Assembly (NCBI GenBank): GCA_021781965.1 | Contig: JAJXVU010000003.1 | Location: forward strand, 15,880-79,879 | Length of the DNA stretch: 64,000 bases | Origin: Pseudomonadota bacterium | GTDB lineage: Bacteria; Pseudomonadota; Gammaproteobacteria; UBA1113 | Direction: 5' to 3' | In this document: piece after piece, positions 1 through 9,728 of the stretch | How the letters are laid out: each line of letters starts with the position of its first letter | Position numbering within the stretch: the first letter of the stretch is position 1 | The notes under the pieces: model-generated | Databases searched by the model: none | What the model saw: the letters and a program-made list of their open reading frames with translations, nothing else | What the model was told of the DNA's origin: nothing | Program-made: the position numbers and the translations under genes

Positions 1-311
1 TAATCAATTAGAAAATCATTAGTACCTAGCATAATAATTACCAAATCTAACGGATAATTCATCTCCAAAATTAATGGTAGCGTTGCTAATCCATTGCGCG
101 ATGGACCAACAAATCTAGTTTTATCAAAAGAAGTATTACGACCATTTAGCCCACCCTCAATAACATAAAAATCACTGCCCAATAACTTTTGTAGAACTCC
201 AGTCCAGCGCACATTTCTATCAAAACGCTGAGCCAGCATCAATTCAACATTGCTTGAACCGGCAACCTTGCCCCAAGTATTGGAATCACCATAACATAGA
301 ATATTTTTCAT
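1..311 (-). CDS. SGNH/GDSL-family lipase/acylhydrolase, partial (C-terminus cut by window edge)
   Basis: Manual translation of the minus strand from the ATG at 311 gives MKNILCYGDSNTWG..., containing the GDSxT/N block I of SGNH hydrolases. It is absent from the ORF track because no stop codon lies inside the window. Confidence 0.55.
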   Translation of the reverse strand, partial: MKNILCYGDSNTWGKVAGSSNVELMLAQRFDRNVRWTGVLQKLLGSDFYVIEGGLNGRNTSFDKTRFVGPSRNGLATLPLILEMNYPLDLVIIMLGTNDFLID

Positions 312-408
312 TATTGTCTTCCTTAATAACCACGCAGGAATTCCCAGCAATTGATGCACCCACCAGTGCAATTTTCTTCACAACCAATAACCGCTGATTA
401 AATTATTA

Positions 409-1128
409 CTATAAGCTAGCACCACCGTCAATATCAATAATTGCACCCGTTACGTTTTTATTGAGTGTGGCAAATAAAATAGCGCTTGCGATTTCTGCTG
501 GCTGTGCAACACGTTTTAAAGGTAGAGCGCTTGCCATATCTTGTAACATTTGATTTTTATTAGAAAATTGATTATAAAGCGGTGTATCCGTTATGCCTGG
601 TGAAACTACATTAACCCTAATTGGCGCTAATTCTATAGCAAGCGTTTTGCCCATTTCATTAAGAGATGAAGCCATCAATTTTAAACTTACAGTTCCGGGC
701 ACATTATTTTTAGCTATAGCACCTGAAACCAAGGTTATAGACTCAAGCATTAGTAGTTTATTGGCAGCATACTTTATAATAGATAAATAGGCCCAAACTT
801 TCTCAAATGATGTTTTTGCCTGTGCTAGATTAATATCACGAACCATTTCAAATTGTAATGGCATACTTGTTGATAAAATAATATGTTTTGTTTGCAGTTC
901 GGAAAAGAGATGCTGTAGGGCATCACTATTAAATATGTCAAAATCTTTGCCATCAATTCCATGAGTCTTTAACTCATGGTTATTTTCAGCATTACGGCTA
1001 AGGACTAACACCTTTAATCCTTGATCCTTAAAGGCAATACTGCTCGCTAATCCAATTCCAGATGACCCACCAAATACAACCACATCATAATAATTGTTAA
1101 CTGAACTCATAGTTGCATTCTTATTCAT
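409..1128 (-). CDS. SDR-family short-chain dehydrogenase/reductase
   Basis: 239 aa with the N-terminal glycine-rich Rossmann motif VVVFGGSSGIGLA, typical SDR length and C-terminus. Confidence 0.75.
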   Translation of the reverse strand: MNKNATMSSVNNYYDVVVFGGSSGIGLASSIAFKDQGLKVLVLSRNAENNHELKTHGIDGKDFDIFNSDALQHLFSELQTKHIILSTSMPLQFEMVRDINLAQAKTSFEKVWAYLSIIKYAANKLLMLESITLVSGAIAKNNVPGTVSLKLMASSLNEMGKTLAIELAPIRVNVVSPGITDTPLYNQFSNKNQMLQDMASALPLKRVAQPAEIASAILFATLNKNVTGAIIDIDGGASL

Positions 1129-1315
1129 TTATTTACACCTCTTTAATTAAAAATGCTCCTAGACCTAAAATATAACGCTATACAGCTTTTACGCCTAAAA
1201 CTCCAGATTGCAACTGTTTAACCTGCCCCTTCCAATTAGCCTTCTCCTGCGATACGAACATATAATCGTCACCTAAAGCACCAATCTTATCCTCTGCTGC
1301 AAACAAAACCTTCTG

Positions 1316-1708
1316 CTACAAATCATGCGCTTTTTTTGTGGCTTCTAAATCGTAAATACTGCGCAACTCATACAAAAGACCATTATAAATCTTACCTAGA
1401 ACTGCCTCATATACACTACTGCCGTTTTTGGTGTGATACTGTAAAATAATAGAAAAAGCCGTACCGTCTAAAGACTTAAATTTTATCACGGGATCAAATT
1501 TTACAATATTCTTTAAAGCCGTTTCCTGATACACCGTTGAATGCTTAAATTTATCTATAAATGCTTGGCGGGTATTACTGCTCCAAAATGGTGAAATAAA
1601 TTGGAAATTATCGGCTAAAAATTCAGTGTTTAGATCACCTTGGATTAACCAAGTTTCCGCAAAATCGATAATTTCTTCTAACGTAAATTTCTTTTTCATC
1701 AATAACAT
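1316..1708 (-). CDS. hypothetical protein (possibly NTF2/SnoaL-like fold)
   Basis: 130-aa ORF co-directional with the downstream reductase cluster. No diagnostic motif was recognised. Confidence 0.35.
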   Translation of the reverse strand: MLLMKKKFTLEEIIDFAETWLIQGDLNTEFLADNFQFISPFWSSNTRQAFIDKFKHSTVYQETALKNIVKFDPVIKFKSLDGTAFSIILQYHTKNGSSVYEAVLGKIYNGLLYELRSIYDLEATKKAHDL

Positions 1709-1784
1709 CTCCTAAAATTATAAACCAATGGTCCCAAAATAGAGCCTTCAGTCTCGTCATTGCTATCAGAATCTATTTCCCAGG

Positions 1785-2861
1785 TTAACCCAAATCACTA
1801 TGTTCAGCTTCTTTATACCGCGGATAATCGTTATACCCGTGATTGCCACCTACATAAAAAGTTTCCGCATCAGGTTTATTCAATGGTGCTTTTAAGGCAA
1901 ATCGTTCCGGTAAATCAGGATTAGCAATGAATAACTGGCCAAAAGAAACCGCATCGGCTCTTCCTGTTTCAATTAAGTTTTCTGCCGTTTCCTGTGTTAA
2001 TTCTTGATTGGCAATGTACACACCACCAAAAACCTTCTTGAGTTGATCGCCTATATACCCTTCTCCTTGACGCTCGCGCGCCAATATAAAAGCGACTTTA
2101 CGCTCAGCCAATGCTTTGACTGCATACGAAAAAGTTTCTAAAGGATTTGAATCGCCCATGTCGTGTGCATCACAACGTGGTGCCAAATGTACGCCTACTC
2201 GTCCAGCACCCCAGACCGAAATAACCGCATCTGCCACTTCTAACAAAAGGCGTGCGCGGTTTTCTAAACTGCCACCATAACGATCAGTACGATGATTGGT
2301 ACTGTCTTGTAAAAATTGATCGATGAGATAACCATTGGCTGCATGCAATTCAACGCCGTCAAAGCCCGCTTCTTTGGCATTTTGTGCTGCTTGCTTGTAA
2401 GTTTCTACAATAAGAGGTATTTCTTCTGTAGTTAAAGCACGTGGCGTTACAAACTCTTTTTTGGGTCGTACCAAACTGACGGTTCCTTTAGGTGCAATCG
2501 CACTGGGTGCTACCGGCAGTTCGCCGTTTAAAAACATGGGGTCAGAAATTCTGCCTACATGCCATAGTTGCAAAAAGATATGTCCCTTTTTTTCATGCAC
2601 TGCAGCCGTTACCTTTTTCCAACCTTCAATTTGTGCTTGAGACCAAATACCTGGCGTGTCTGCATAACCCACCCCCATAGGACAAATAGAAGTAGCCTCA
2701 CTGATGATTAAACCAGCGCTCGCGCGATCGCTGTAATATTGTGCCATCATGGCATTAGGCACACGATTCTCCCCTGCTCTGGAGCGCGTCAATGGTGACA
2801 TCCACACACGATTGGGTAAAGTTAAATCGCCAACCTTAAGTGGCGTGAATAAATTTGACAT
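1785..2861 (-). CDS. NADH:flavin oxidoreductase / alkene reductase (Old Yellow Enzyme family, NemA-like)
   Basis: 358 aa with OYE-family length and motifs (GFDGVELHAANGYLIDQFL, HLAPR). Confidence 0.85.
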   Translation of the reverse strand: MSNLFTPLKVGDLTLPNRVWMSPLTRSRAGENRVPNAMMAQYYSDRASAGLIISEATSICPMGVGYADTPGIWSQAQIEGWKKVTAAVHEKKGHIFLQLWHVGRISDPMFLNGELPVAPSAIAPKGTVSLVRPKKEFVTPRALTTEEIPLIVETYKQAAQNAKEAGFDGVELHAANGYLIDQFLQDSTNHRTDRYGGSLENRARLLLEVADAVISVWGAGRVGVHLAPRCDAHDMGDSNPLETFSYAVKALAERKVAFILARERQGEGYIGDQLKKVFGGVYIANQELTQETAENLIETGRADAVSFGQLFIANPDLPERFALKAPLNKPDAETFYVGGNHGYNDYPRYKEAEHSDLG

Positions 2862-2886
2862 AGAATTTTCTCCTCGTTTTTAAAAA

Positions 2887-3192
2887 TTATCGCATTAAAT
2901 CGGCCAAAGCTTGCCTAAACTGTGGTCCGTAAAAAACACCGCCTACTGGCACTTTACCTTCTAAGGCTTCTGTAACTTTATACGCCCATTCTGGACCAAA
3001 ACCACCGCACAATTCAAGCATTTGATAGCCTTCTGTGGCCAATGCTTTGGCCACATCTATAACTTTGCTTTTATCGGCCATATCGATGCCTACCGCTTTA
3101 AAGCGATAACCATTTTTTTCCGTCATAATACTATTTTCTTCAGCGCTAAAGCCGGGGGTTAAAAATATAAATGCAAATGAATTAAACTTCAT
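2887..3192 (-). CDS. small hypothetical protein
   Basis: ORF lying between the SDR and OYE genes on the same strand. The real start may be the internal Met (MTEKNGY...). Confidence 0.35.
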   Translation of the reverse strand: MKFNSFAFIFLTPGFSAEENSIMTEKNGYRFKAVGIDMADKSKVIDVAKALATEGYQMLELCGGFGPEWAYKVTEALEGKVPVGGVFYGPQFRQALADLMR

Positions 3193-3222
3193 GATAATCT
3201 GTTTCTCCTATTTATGTTTATA

Positions 3223-3822
3223 TCACACTACCCAATAGGTTTGCCCAGTCTGCAATCCTTCCACGCTTTTGCTGTATGCTAATGCCACACGCGCTGCAGG
3301 GACAGATTCAAACCCTCTGAAATAAGCCGCATAGTCCCCCATCGATTCAGTGATAACCGTTGGACTGACACTGTTAATCCTAAGCCCTCTGGGTAATTCC
3401 AATGCCGCACTCTTAATAAAAGCATCTAGTGCGCCATTTACCATGGAAGCAGAACTGCCATATTGGATGGGATCACGACTTAACACACCACTGGTTAAAG
3501 TAAAAGAACCGCCGTCATTCAAATATTTCATGCCCGCTAAGACTACATTGACTTGCCCCATTAATTTGCTGTTTAAGCCTATGGCATACTCTTTTTCAGT
3601 CATATCTAATAAACTGCCAAAATGCACTTGACCCGTAGCTAACACAACTGCATCGATGTTTTTGACTTGTTGATACATCGCTTCTATAGATTTCATATTA
3701 CTAATATCAACTTGTATATCGCCGCGGCTATGGCCTGCAGCAATAACTTCGTGTCGTTGACTTAACTCTTTAGCAATAGCCCGCCCTATCGTTCCCGTTG
3801 CGCCGATTACAATTACTTTCAT
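3223..3822 (-). CDS. SDR-family oxidoreductase
   Basis: 199 aa with the motif MKVIVIGATGTIGRAIAKEL. Confidence 0.75.
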   Translation of the reverse strand: MKVIVIGATGTIGRAIAKELSQRHEVIAAGHSRGDIQVDISNMKSIEAMYQQVKNIDAVVLATGQVHFGSLLDMTEKEYAIGLNSKLMGQVNVVLAGMKYLNDGGSFTLTSGVLSRDPIQYGSSASMVNGALDAFIKSAALELPRGLRINSVSPTVITESMGDYAAYFRGFESVPAARVALAYSKSVEGLQTGQTYWVV

Positions 3823-3841
3823 AATGCCTCTCCTAATCTAT

Positions 3842-3861
3842 ATATCGAAAATAGTCGATAT
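3842..3861. promoter_or_regulatory. 20-bp palindrome ATATCGAA-N4-TCGATAT, candidate ArsR-family operator upstream of the SDR-OYE operon
   Basis: The sequence atatcgaaaatagtcgatat sits 20 bp upstream of the SDR start codon. A near-identical palindrome occurs at 4201-4220. Confidence 0.4.
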
Positions 3862-3889
3862 GTATTGTTATAAAAAATAGCCCCTTGGA

Positions 3890-4189
3890 TTACAAAGAAG
3901 CCGCCAATTTTGCAATAAATCGTGCTATCTCAACTTCATTGCGTTTATAGAACGTCCATTGACCGGAGCGGGTCGTAGTGACCAAACCTGCTTGTTCCAA
4001 AAGCCCTAGATAATGGCACACCGTGGATTGAGCTAGTCCTGCTTTTTGCTGGATTAGCCCGCAACACACGCCATCGCGAATGACGTCAGACTGCGCGGTT
4101 GGAAAATGCTGTTTGGGCTCTTTCAACCAAGCTAGAATTTGCCGCCGTGTATCGTTGGCCAGTGCTTTAAATATCAATTTTTCGTTCAT
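3890..4189 (-). CDS. ArsR/SmtB-family transcriptional regulator
   Basis: Winged-HTH metalloregulator-like sequence (FKALANDTRRQILAWL). The start is placed at the internal Met MNEKLIF so that the palindromic operator falls in the promoter region rather than in coding sequence. Confidence 0.7.
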   Translation of the reverse strand: MNEKLIFKALANDTRRQILAWLKEPKQHFPTAQSDVIRDGVCCGLIQQKAGLAQSTVCHYLGLLEQAGLVTTTRSGQWTFYKRNEVEIARFIAKLAASL

Positions 4190-4200
4190 GGTGTTATTAT

Positions 4201-4220
4201 ATATCGAATTAGTTCGATAT
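4201..4220. promoter_or_regulatory. 20-bp palindrome atatcgaattagttcgatat, candidate autoregulatory operator of the ArsR-family gene
   Basis: Perfect inverted repeat (ATATCGAA / TTCGATAT) 12 bp upstream of the proposed start. It is the second copy of the motif found at 3842-3861. Confidence 0.4.
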
Positions 4221-4303
4221 GTCAATGCTCTGTGGTAAAAAAATAGAATTTTTAAATTTTTATTTTAAATCAACGGGTTATGATGTATTTTACAGAACGA
4301 TAA

Positions 4304-5134
4304 TCAAGTCTCATTTATAAGCAAATTATAATAAGCTGTTTTTAAGCGCTGAACTTGTTCCTGAATAGATCGAATCCCCTTAGGGATAGCCGATAGCTCA
4401 TTCGCTTTTAATGCCGCGTATAGATCTTGAACCGCTTTTTCCAATGCCGGCGTACCGCTATAATTCAAAGCACCGCTGAGCTTATGAAGAATTTGATTCA
4501 TATTTATGCGATCGCGTTTAGCTTCTGCCTTTTTTAACAGGACTAAATCTTGTGGTAACGATGTCATTAATAATTCTAGGGCGTGAATAGCTTTTTCTTT
4601 GCTGTCTACGCCGATGCGCTCCATACCTAATTTCAAGTCAATTACAGGCTTTTCTATCATTTGCATGTCATGCTTAAATACATATGGTTCCCAATAATTT
4701 TCTAAAACCATTCTAGCGCGTTCTTCTGTAAGCGGTTTAGTGATAACTATTTTAAATCCTACCGCTAATGCTTCTTGATGTTTATCTATATCATGATATC
4801 CCGTGACGGCTATAAAAGGTGTATTTTTATTTTTGGACCAAGATTGTGTTTGTGCTTCAGAAATAAGATCTATAGCACTATCTTCTGCTAAGCACAGATC
4901 GGATACTACTAAATCATATCGATTGAGCTTAAGCTTTTGTGCTGCATCAATGGCTGTTTTAGCGGTGTCGATTTTTCCGCTGGTTAAACGCGATAAAATT
5001 TCATATCCTACAAATAAACACAGGCTATCATCTTCAATGAGCAATATATCCTGTGAAAATGGTTTTTCCCCTCTGCTTTTTTGTACGATTTCAATAAGTT
5101 TTGCCGTGGTGTCAATAATATATTCGTTAGCCAT
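4304..5134 (-). CDS. response-regulator receiver domain fused to a C-terminal HPt (histidine phosphotransfer) domain
   Basis: REC residues are present (LLIEDD, VVSDLCLAE, AVTGY, KP). The C-terminus carries an HPt-like HKLSGALNYSG motif (HxxKG-type). Confidence 0.55.
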   Translation of the reverse strand: MANEYIIDTTAKLIEIVQKSRGEKPFSQDILLIEDDSLCLFVGYEILSRLTSGKIDTAKTAIDAAQKLKLNRYDLVVSDLCLAEDSAIDLISEAQTQSWSKNKNTPFIAVTGYHDIDKHQEALAVGFKIVITKPLTEERARMVLENYWEPYVFKHDMQMIEKPVIDLKLGMERIGVDSKEKAIHALELLMTSLPQDLVLLKKAEAKRDRINMNQILHKLSGALNYSGTPALEKAVQDLYAALKANELSAIPKGIRSIQEQVQRLKTAYYNLLINET

Positions 5135-5465
5135 TTTTCATATTCCTCATCTATAATCCCCTTATGCATGGAGCATAGTAGAAATATAGAGGTATCTCAA
5201 GGATGAAGACGTATAGTGAACATCAGGTTGTGTTAAAAATGACCATTTAAATCAGCGCCTTGTACCTTTTTTCTGTAAAATGCGCATAGAGTTTTCAGAA
5301 ATTTCGTACAAAAAAGAGCTTTAATATTAATTTACACGTCTACTTGCAGTTATATCCCGAGCTCAACATTATAACTCACTGCTCGCCAGACCCTGCCAGC
5401 AATGAACTATAACAACTTCTCCCGAAGTCCCATCATATTAAGATACCGAAAAAAGCGCTGTTAAT

Positions 5466-6047
5466 TTACCGCCCCGCCCGCCATGAACTGCGTACAAAAG
5501 CTGCTACTAGCATGAGCTTAACTGCTTCCATTGGCAAAAAGGGTGCTACACCTAGCGTCCAAGCGGCTTTGATGCCTACGAATAGGCTCAACACACTCGC
5601 ACCACAGATGAAAATAATACTGGCAGCCAAAACACTGGCAAGCCAAGCTAAGGACCAATGACGTGCTGCGCCTTTTTGAAATAAGTAGCCTGCACAATAG
5701 GCCGCAGGTAAAAAGCCTAAAAGATAACCCGCCGTAGGTCCCATGAACACGTGAAACCCAGCCGAAAATTCAGCAAATACGGGCACCCCGCAAAATCCAA
5801 GCATCAGGTAAGTCACAATACTGCTGGCAGCCAAAGAGGGTCCTAAAAGAGCTGCCAAGAAAATGACCGTTGCACTTTGTAAGGTCAACGGCACTGGCAC
5901 CAAAGGAATCACACATTGTGAGGCTAAGGCCAGTAAACCGGCTCCTAAAACCACCCAAGCCACATTATGCCAAGTCTTGTGGCTCTTACGCACGGCATAA
6001 CTGTATAAATTATTATCGGTTAGACTATAGTTCATTGTTTTCTCCAT
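5466..6047 (-). CDS. bioY: biotin transporter BioY (ECF S-component)
   Basis: 193-aa polytopic membrane protein with BioY-like length and hydrophobic profile. Confidence 0.6.
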   Translation of the reverse strand: MEKTMNYSLTDNNLYSYAVRKSHKTWHNVAWVVLGAGLLALASQCVIPLVPVPLTLQSATVIFLAALLGPSLAASSIVTYLMLGFCGVPVFAEFSAGFHVFMGPTAGYLLGFLPAAYCAGYLFQKGAARHWSLAWLASVLAASIIFICGASVLSLFVGIKAAWTLGVAPFLPMEAVKLMLVAAFVRSSWRAGR

Positions 6048-6621
6048 TGGTTTCTATTGTATTAGTGTAAGGCACAGTGGCCAGATAAGGCAAGAGAAAT
6101 TCGGTAATTAATAACGGCCGATTTTGCCATAAGAAAATGGAGCGTCGCGCCAGCCACGGTTGAGACTCTGCACGAGGCTTCACCAATTCAAAGAAGGCTT
6201 GTGCATACAAAGAAGCATCATCAAAACAGGCGAATTCAAAGGGTTGACGCACCACCTCTTTATTATTGAACAATAAATTGTCACCAATAAATTGTCGTCC
6301 CAGCCCAGAAAATTGCTGTGCATATGCCTCATAAGTATCATCCGCAATAACGACTCGCGCATAACTTAAGCGATGGCCGTCTTTTGTGGCAATCACAATT
6401 TGGCGTATATGCGCTTCTTTATCTTCTAATTGTAAAGCAGCTTGTTCATCCGCAAAGAGCTTATTACGCCCTTCTTGCAACGCTTCTATCTGCACCTCTC
6501 CGAGATTGGCTTTAAAAGCCTGCACCAAGCGGCTAGCGCCCGATAACCATTGTTTACGTGCATCGGAGATGGCAATCGCATCTATATCTTTGTGCCACTG
6601 GCTTGCATTCATTACGCTCAT
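6025..6621 (-). CDS. ubiC: chorismate--pyruvate lyase UbiC
   Basis: The C-terminal RRSIFLWQNRPLLITEFLLP matches the E. coli UbiC C-terminus ([20 protein letters not shown]). Confidence 0.6.
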   Translation of the reverse strand: MSVMNASQWHKDIDAIAISDARKQWLSGASRLVQAFKANLGEVQIEALQEGRNKLFADEQAALQLEDKEAHIRQIVIATKDGHRLSYARVVIADDTYEAYAQQFSGLGRQFIGDNLLFNNKEVVRQPFEFACFDDASLYAQAFFELVKPRAESQPWLARRSIFLWQNRPLLITEFLLPYLATVPYTNTIETNGENNEL

Positions 6622-6663
6622 TTCCTACAATAGGCCATATTCAGTTTTCACGAGTCTACCGCT

Positions 6664-8034
6664 ATGACCATCAGTCTATTCGATTTATTTTCCATCGGTA
6701 TAGGACCTTCCAGCTCGCATACCGTAGGCCCTATGCGCGCGGCCAAAGCATTTGTAGATAGTTTATCACAAATGCCCGCGGCACAGTTGTGCCAGCGCAT
6801 ACAAATAGATTTGTATGGCTCACTGGCCTTAACCGGCAAAGGTCATGGCACCGACAGCGCCATACTCAATGGTTTAGAAGGTTACACCCCCGAAGGTGTT
6901 GTTCCTGCAGAGGTAGGCCCACGAGCCTATTCTATCATCGAAGAAAAACGATTACAGCTCCCTCAATTAGGAACCATACCCTTCGATAACAAAAGTGATT
7001 TATTGTTTCACTATGAAGAAACATTGCCCCTACATGCCAATGGTATGCGCCTTAGTGTTTTTGATAAAAATGATACCCTTCTTCTAACCCAAACTTATTA
7101 TTCTATAGGTGGTGGTTTTATCCTAACAGACGCTGAAATGGAACAACCTTTACAGAGTACAGAAAAACAACCCTACCCTTTTTCTACTGCCGCCGAATTA
7201 TTGGCTTTATGCAAAAAGCACAAGCTTAGCATTGCCGAATTAATGCTGGCCAACGAAAGTGCCTTACGCAGTGAAACTGAAGTTAAAGAGCGCTGTTTAA
7301 AAATAGCGTCCACTATGTCTACCTGTATAGAAGCGAGTTGTTACAGTACAGAAAAGCAATTACCAGGTAGTTTGAAAGTTAGGCGCCGCGCGCCAGCCTT
7401 ATATAAAAAATTAATGGAAAAGGGTAAAAAAGAAGATTTTTCCGATATTTTAAATTGGCTAAATCTATATGCATTAGCCGTTAATGAAGAAAATGCTGCT
7501 GGCGGACGCATCGTCACCGCGCCTACCAATGGCGCTGCCGGAATTTTACCCGCGGTATTACAATATTACCGTGAGTTTTGTCCTGAATATACAGAACAAG
7601 GTGTAATCGATTATCTACTCACCGCCGCCGCTATTGCCATTCTTTATAAAAAAGGTGCTTCCATTTCCGCAGCCGAAGTAGGTTGTCAGGGTGAGGTCGG
7701 CGTGGCATGTTCTATGGCCGCAGGCGCTTTAACGGCAGTATTAGGTGGCAGTCTAGAACAAATTGAAAATGCCGCTGAAATTGGCATGGAACATCATTTA
7801 GGATTAACGTGCGATCCTATCGCAGGCTTAGTGCAAATCCCCTGCATTGAACGCAACGCGATGGGTACTGTACAAGCCGTCAATTCCGCTAAATTGGCAT
7901 TAATGGAAAGCGGTGAACACACCGTATCATTAGACACAGTCATTAAAACTATGTTAGAAACTGGCCGCGCAATGCAAACGCGCTATAAAGAAACCTCATT
8001 AGGTGGTTTGGCCGTCAATCATCCGGAGTGTTAA
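6664..8034 (+). CDS. sdaA: L-serine dehydratase (Fe-S, single-chain)
   Basis: 456 aa with the N-terminal [24 protein letters not shown] signature of SdaA/SdaB. Confidence 0.9.
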   Translation: MTISLFDLFSIGIGPSSSHTVGPMRAAKAFVDSLSQMPAAQLCQRIQIDLYGSLALTGKGHGTDSAILNGLEGYTPEGVVPAEVGPRAYSIIEEKRLQLPQLGTIPFDNKSDLLFHYEETLPLHANGMRLSVFDKNDTLLLTQTYYSIGGGFILTDAEMEQPLQSTEKQPYPFSTAAELLALCKKHKLSIAELMLANESALRSETEVKERCLKIASTMSTCIEASCYSTEKQLPGSLKVRRRAPALYKKLMEKGKKEDFSDILNWLNLYALAVNEENAAGGRIVTAPTNGAAGILPAVLQYYREFCPEYTEQGVIDYLLTAAAIAILYKKGASISAAEVGCQGEVGVACSMAAGALTAVLGGSLEQIENAAEIGMEHHLGLTCDPIAGLVQIPCIERNAMGTVQAVNSAKLALMESGEHTVSLDTVIKTMLETGRAMQTRYKETSLGGLAVNHPEC

Positions 8035-8036
8035 TT

Positions 8037-8546
8037 ATGGCGAAAGTTCGTATTCTGTCTTACCCTGATATCAAATTAAAACGTGTGGGTAAAAAGGTCA
8101 ATGTCGTTGATGATGAAATCAAAAAAATAATTGCCGATATGTTTGAAACCCATTATGCCACAGAAAATTGTGCCGCCCTAGCCGCTACGCAATTAGATTT
8201 TGTCGATCCTCCCGCTATTACGGTCATCGACTTCTCAGAAGAAAAAAACAAACCACTTTGTTTCATCAATCCTGAAATCATTCACAGCGAAGGCGAACAA
8301 ACTGAATATGAAGGCTGTATGTCGGTTTATCCTGATCACATACACGAGAAAGTTAAGCGCGCAGAACGCGTTACCGTAAAAGCTTTAAATGAAAAAGGTG
8401 AAGCTATAGAATTTGTCGCCGAAGGTTATATGGCCAAATGCTTGCAACATGAAATTGATCACCTCAATGGCCTAACTTATCTGGACCGTTTATCGCCCTT
8501 AAAGCGTGAACGTATTGTGGAGAAAATCCGTCGATTGAGGAAATAA
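8037..8546 (+). CDS. def: peptide deformylase
   Basis: Contains the three Def motifs (GCxS = EGCMSVYP, HEIDHLNG). The start is taken at MAKVRIL; the ORF track begins 3 codons earlier. Confidence 0.9.
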   Translation: MAKVRILSYPDIKLKRVGKKVNVVDDEIKKIIADMFETHYATENCAALAATQLDFVDPPAITVIDFSEEKNKPLCFINPEIIHSEGEQTEYEGCMSVYPDHIHEKVKRAERVTVKALNEKGEAIEFVAEGYMAKCLQHEIDHLNGLTYLDRLSPLKRERIVEKIRRLRK

Positions 8547-8727
8547 TATAAGGAACATACTCATGATCATAGATATCAGCCTAAAACCAGTCATACTTAC
8601 GATGAGAAATCAGAAGCGGATCTGCCGTGGAAAGTAGATATTGTTGACTGGGCTAATACCAGCGCATCCTTTAGAGGATTAATTGAAGAAAAAAAGGTGG
8701 TACTACAAACCGCCGTGTGGATTATTA

Positions 8728-8804
8728 TGGTGCGCCCGGAGAGATTCGAACTCCCGACCGCCTGGTTCGTAGCCAGGTACTCTATCCAGCTGAGCTACGG
8801 GCGC
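8728..8804 (-). tRNA. tRNA-Arg (anticodon ACG)
   Basis: The reverse complement folds as a 77-nt cloverleaf: GCGCCCGTAGCTCAGCTGGATAGAGTACCTGGCTACGAACCAGG...TTCGAATC...CCA. Confidence 0.85.
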
Positions 8805-8954
8805 ACATTAATCCATACTCTTCGCATTTGCTTCTTAAGCTTTGTTGCCTTCGCCCATCTCGCACCAGTATATGACAGAGTATGTCACTCCTAACGCTCG
8901 AGGACTAGCCTTCTCGCCTAAAAACCAACTGCTATGAGCATATCACTCTAAACG

Positions 8955-9047
8955 TGGTGGAGAGAGAGGGATTCGAACCCTCGATGAGGCTATAAACCCC
9001 ATACTCCCTTAGCAGGGGAGCGCCTTCGACCACTCGGCCATCTCTCC
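8955..9047 (-). tRNA. tRNA-Ser (anticodon GCT), long variable arm
   Basis: The reverse complement reads GGAGAGATGGCCGAGTGGTCGAAGGCGCTCCCCTGCTAAGGGAG...GGTTCGAATCCCTCTCTCTCCACCA, 93 nt. Confidence 0.85.
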
Positions 9048-9166
9048 TCGTGAAGAGGGGGCCAGTATAACACTGTTATTTCATTAATAGGAAGAGATTT
9101 TATGTGGTTTGCAAAAAAAAATGCGCCCTTACAGGCGCATTATTATTTAATCTAAAAAGATGGCTT

Positions 9167-9367
9167 TTAGTTGTCTAAATCTTCGCCTTCATCAGGGCCT
9201 TGTTTTTCTTGTTGGATCCTTAAATAGATCTCTTCACGATGCACAGAAACATCTTTGGGGGCGTTGACACCGATCCGCACTTGATTACCTTTAACACCTA
9301 GTACGGTTACAGTAACATCGTCACCAATGATGAGCGTCTCACCGACGCGTCTCGTTAAAATTAACAT
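9167..9367 (-). CDS. csrA: carbon storage regulator CsrA/RsmA
   Basis: [48 protein letters not shown] is canonical CsrA. The start is taken at the internal Met of the ORF-track call. The csrA-tRNASer-tRNAArg context is conserved. Confidence 0.9.
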   Translation of the reverse strand: MLILTRRVGETLIIGDDVTVTVLGVKGNQVRIGVNAPKDVSVHREEIYLRIQQEKQGPDEGEDLDN

Positions 9368-9728
9368 TCCAGAAACCTCCTTATCCGTGCCTTGCAGCAC
9401 ATTATACTTTAGAACTCTAAATATGCTTATGAGGTACGACCCACAAACACCCTATTATTATACATGAAAATCCTTAAGATATTCTTAAGGATTTAATAAT
9501 AGCACAAATTTTAATTTTTGCCTTTAAGGCCATTTTCAAGATTTATTCATTAAAATCAAATGCTTACAATAATAAAATGAATGGTATAGCCTGATAAAAA
9601 ATAATTAGATATACCCCTAATTTTAAGCGCCATAAGCCAATAGAAAGGACCATTGGCCTTATAAATAGCGATCTTCTAAAAACCATTTACAATGTCGTTT
9701 GTGAAGTCATCGGTATGAATTAGCGTGT

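Noticed and set aside
8563-8640. 25-codon mini-ORF (MIIDISLKPVILTMRNQKRICRGK) between def and tRNA-Arg
   Set aside because: Too short, with no conservation signal. It is probably chance, although an AAGGAA box precedes it.
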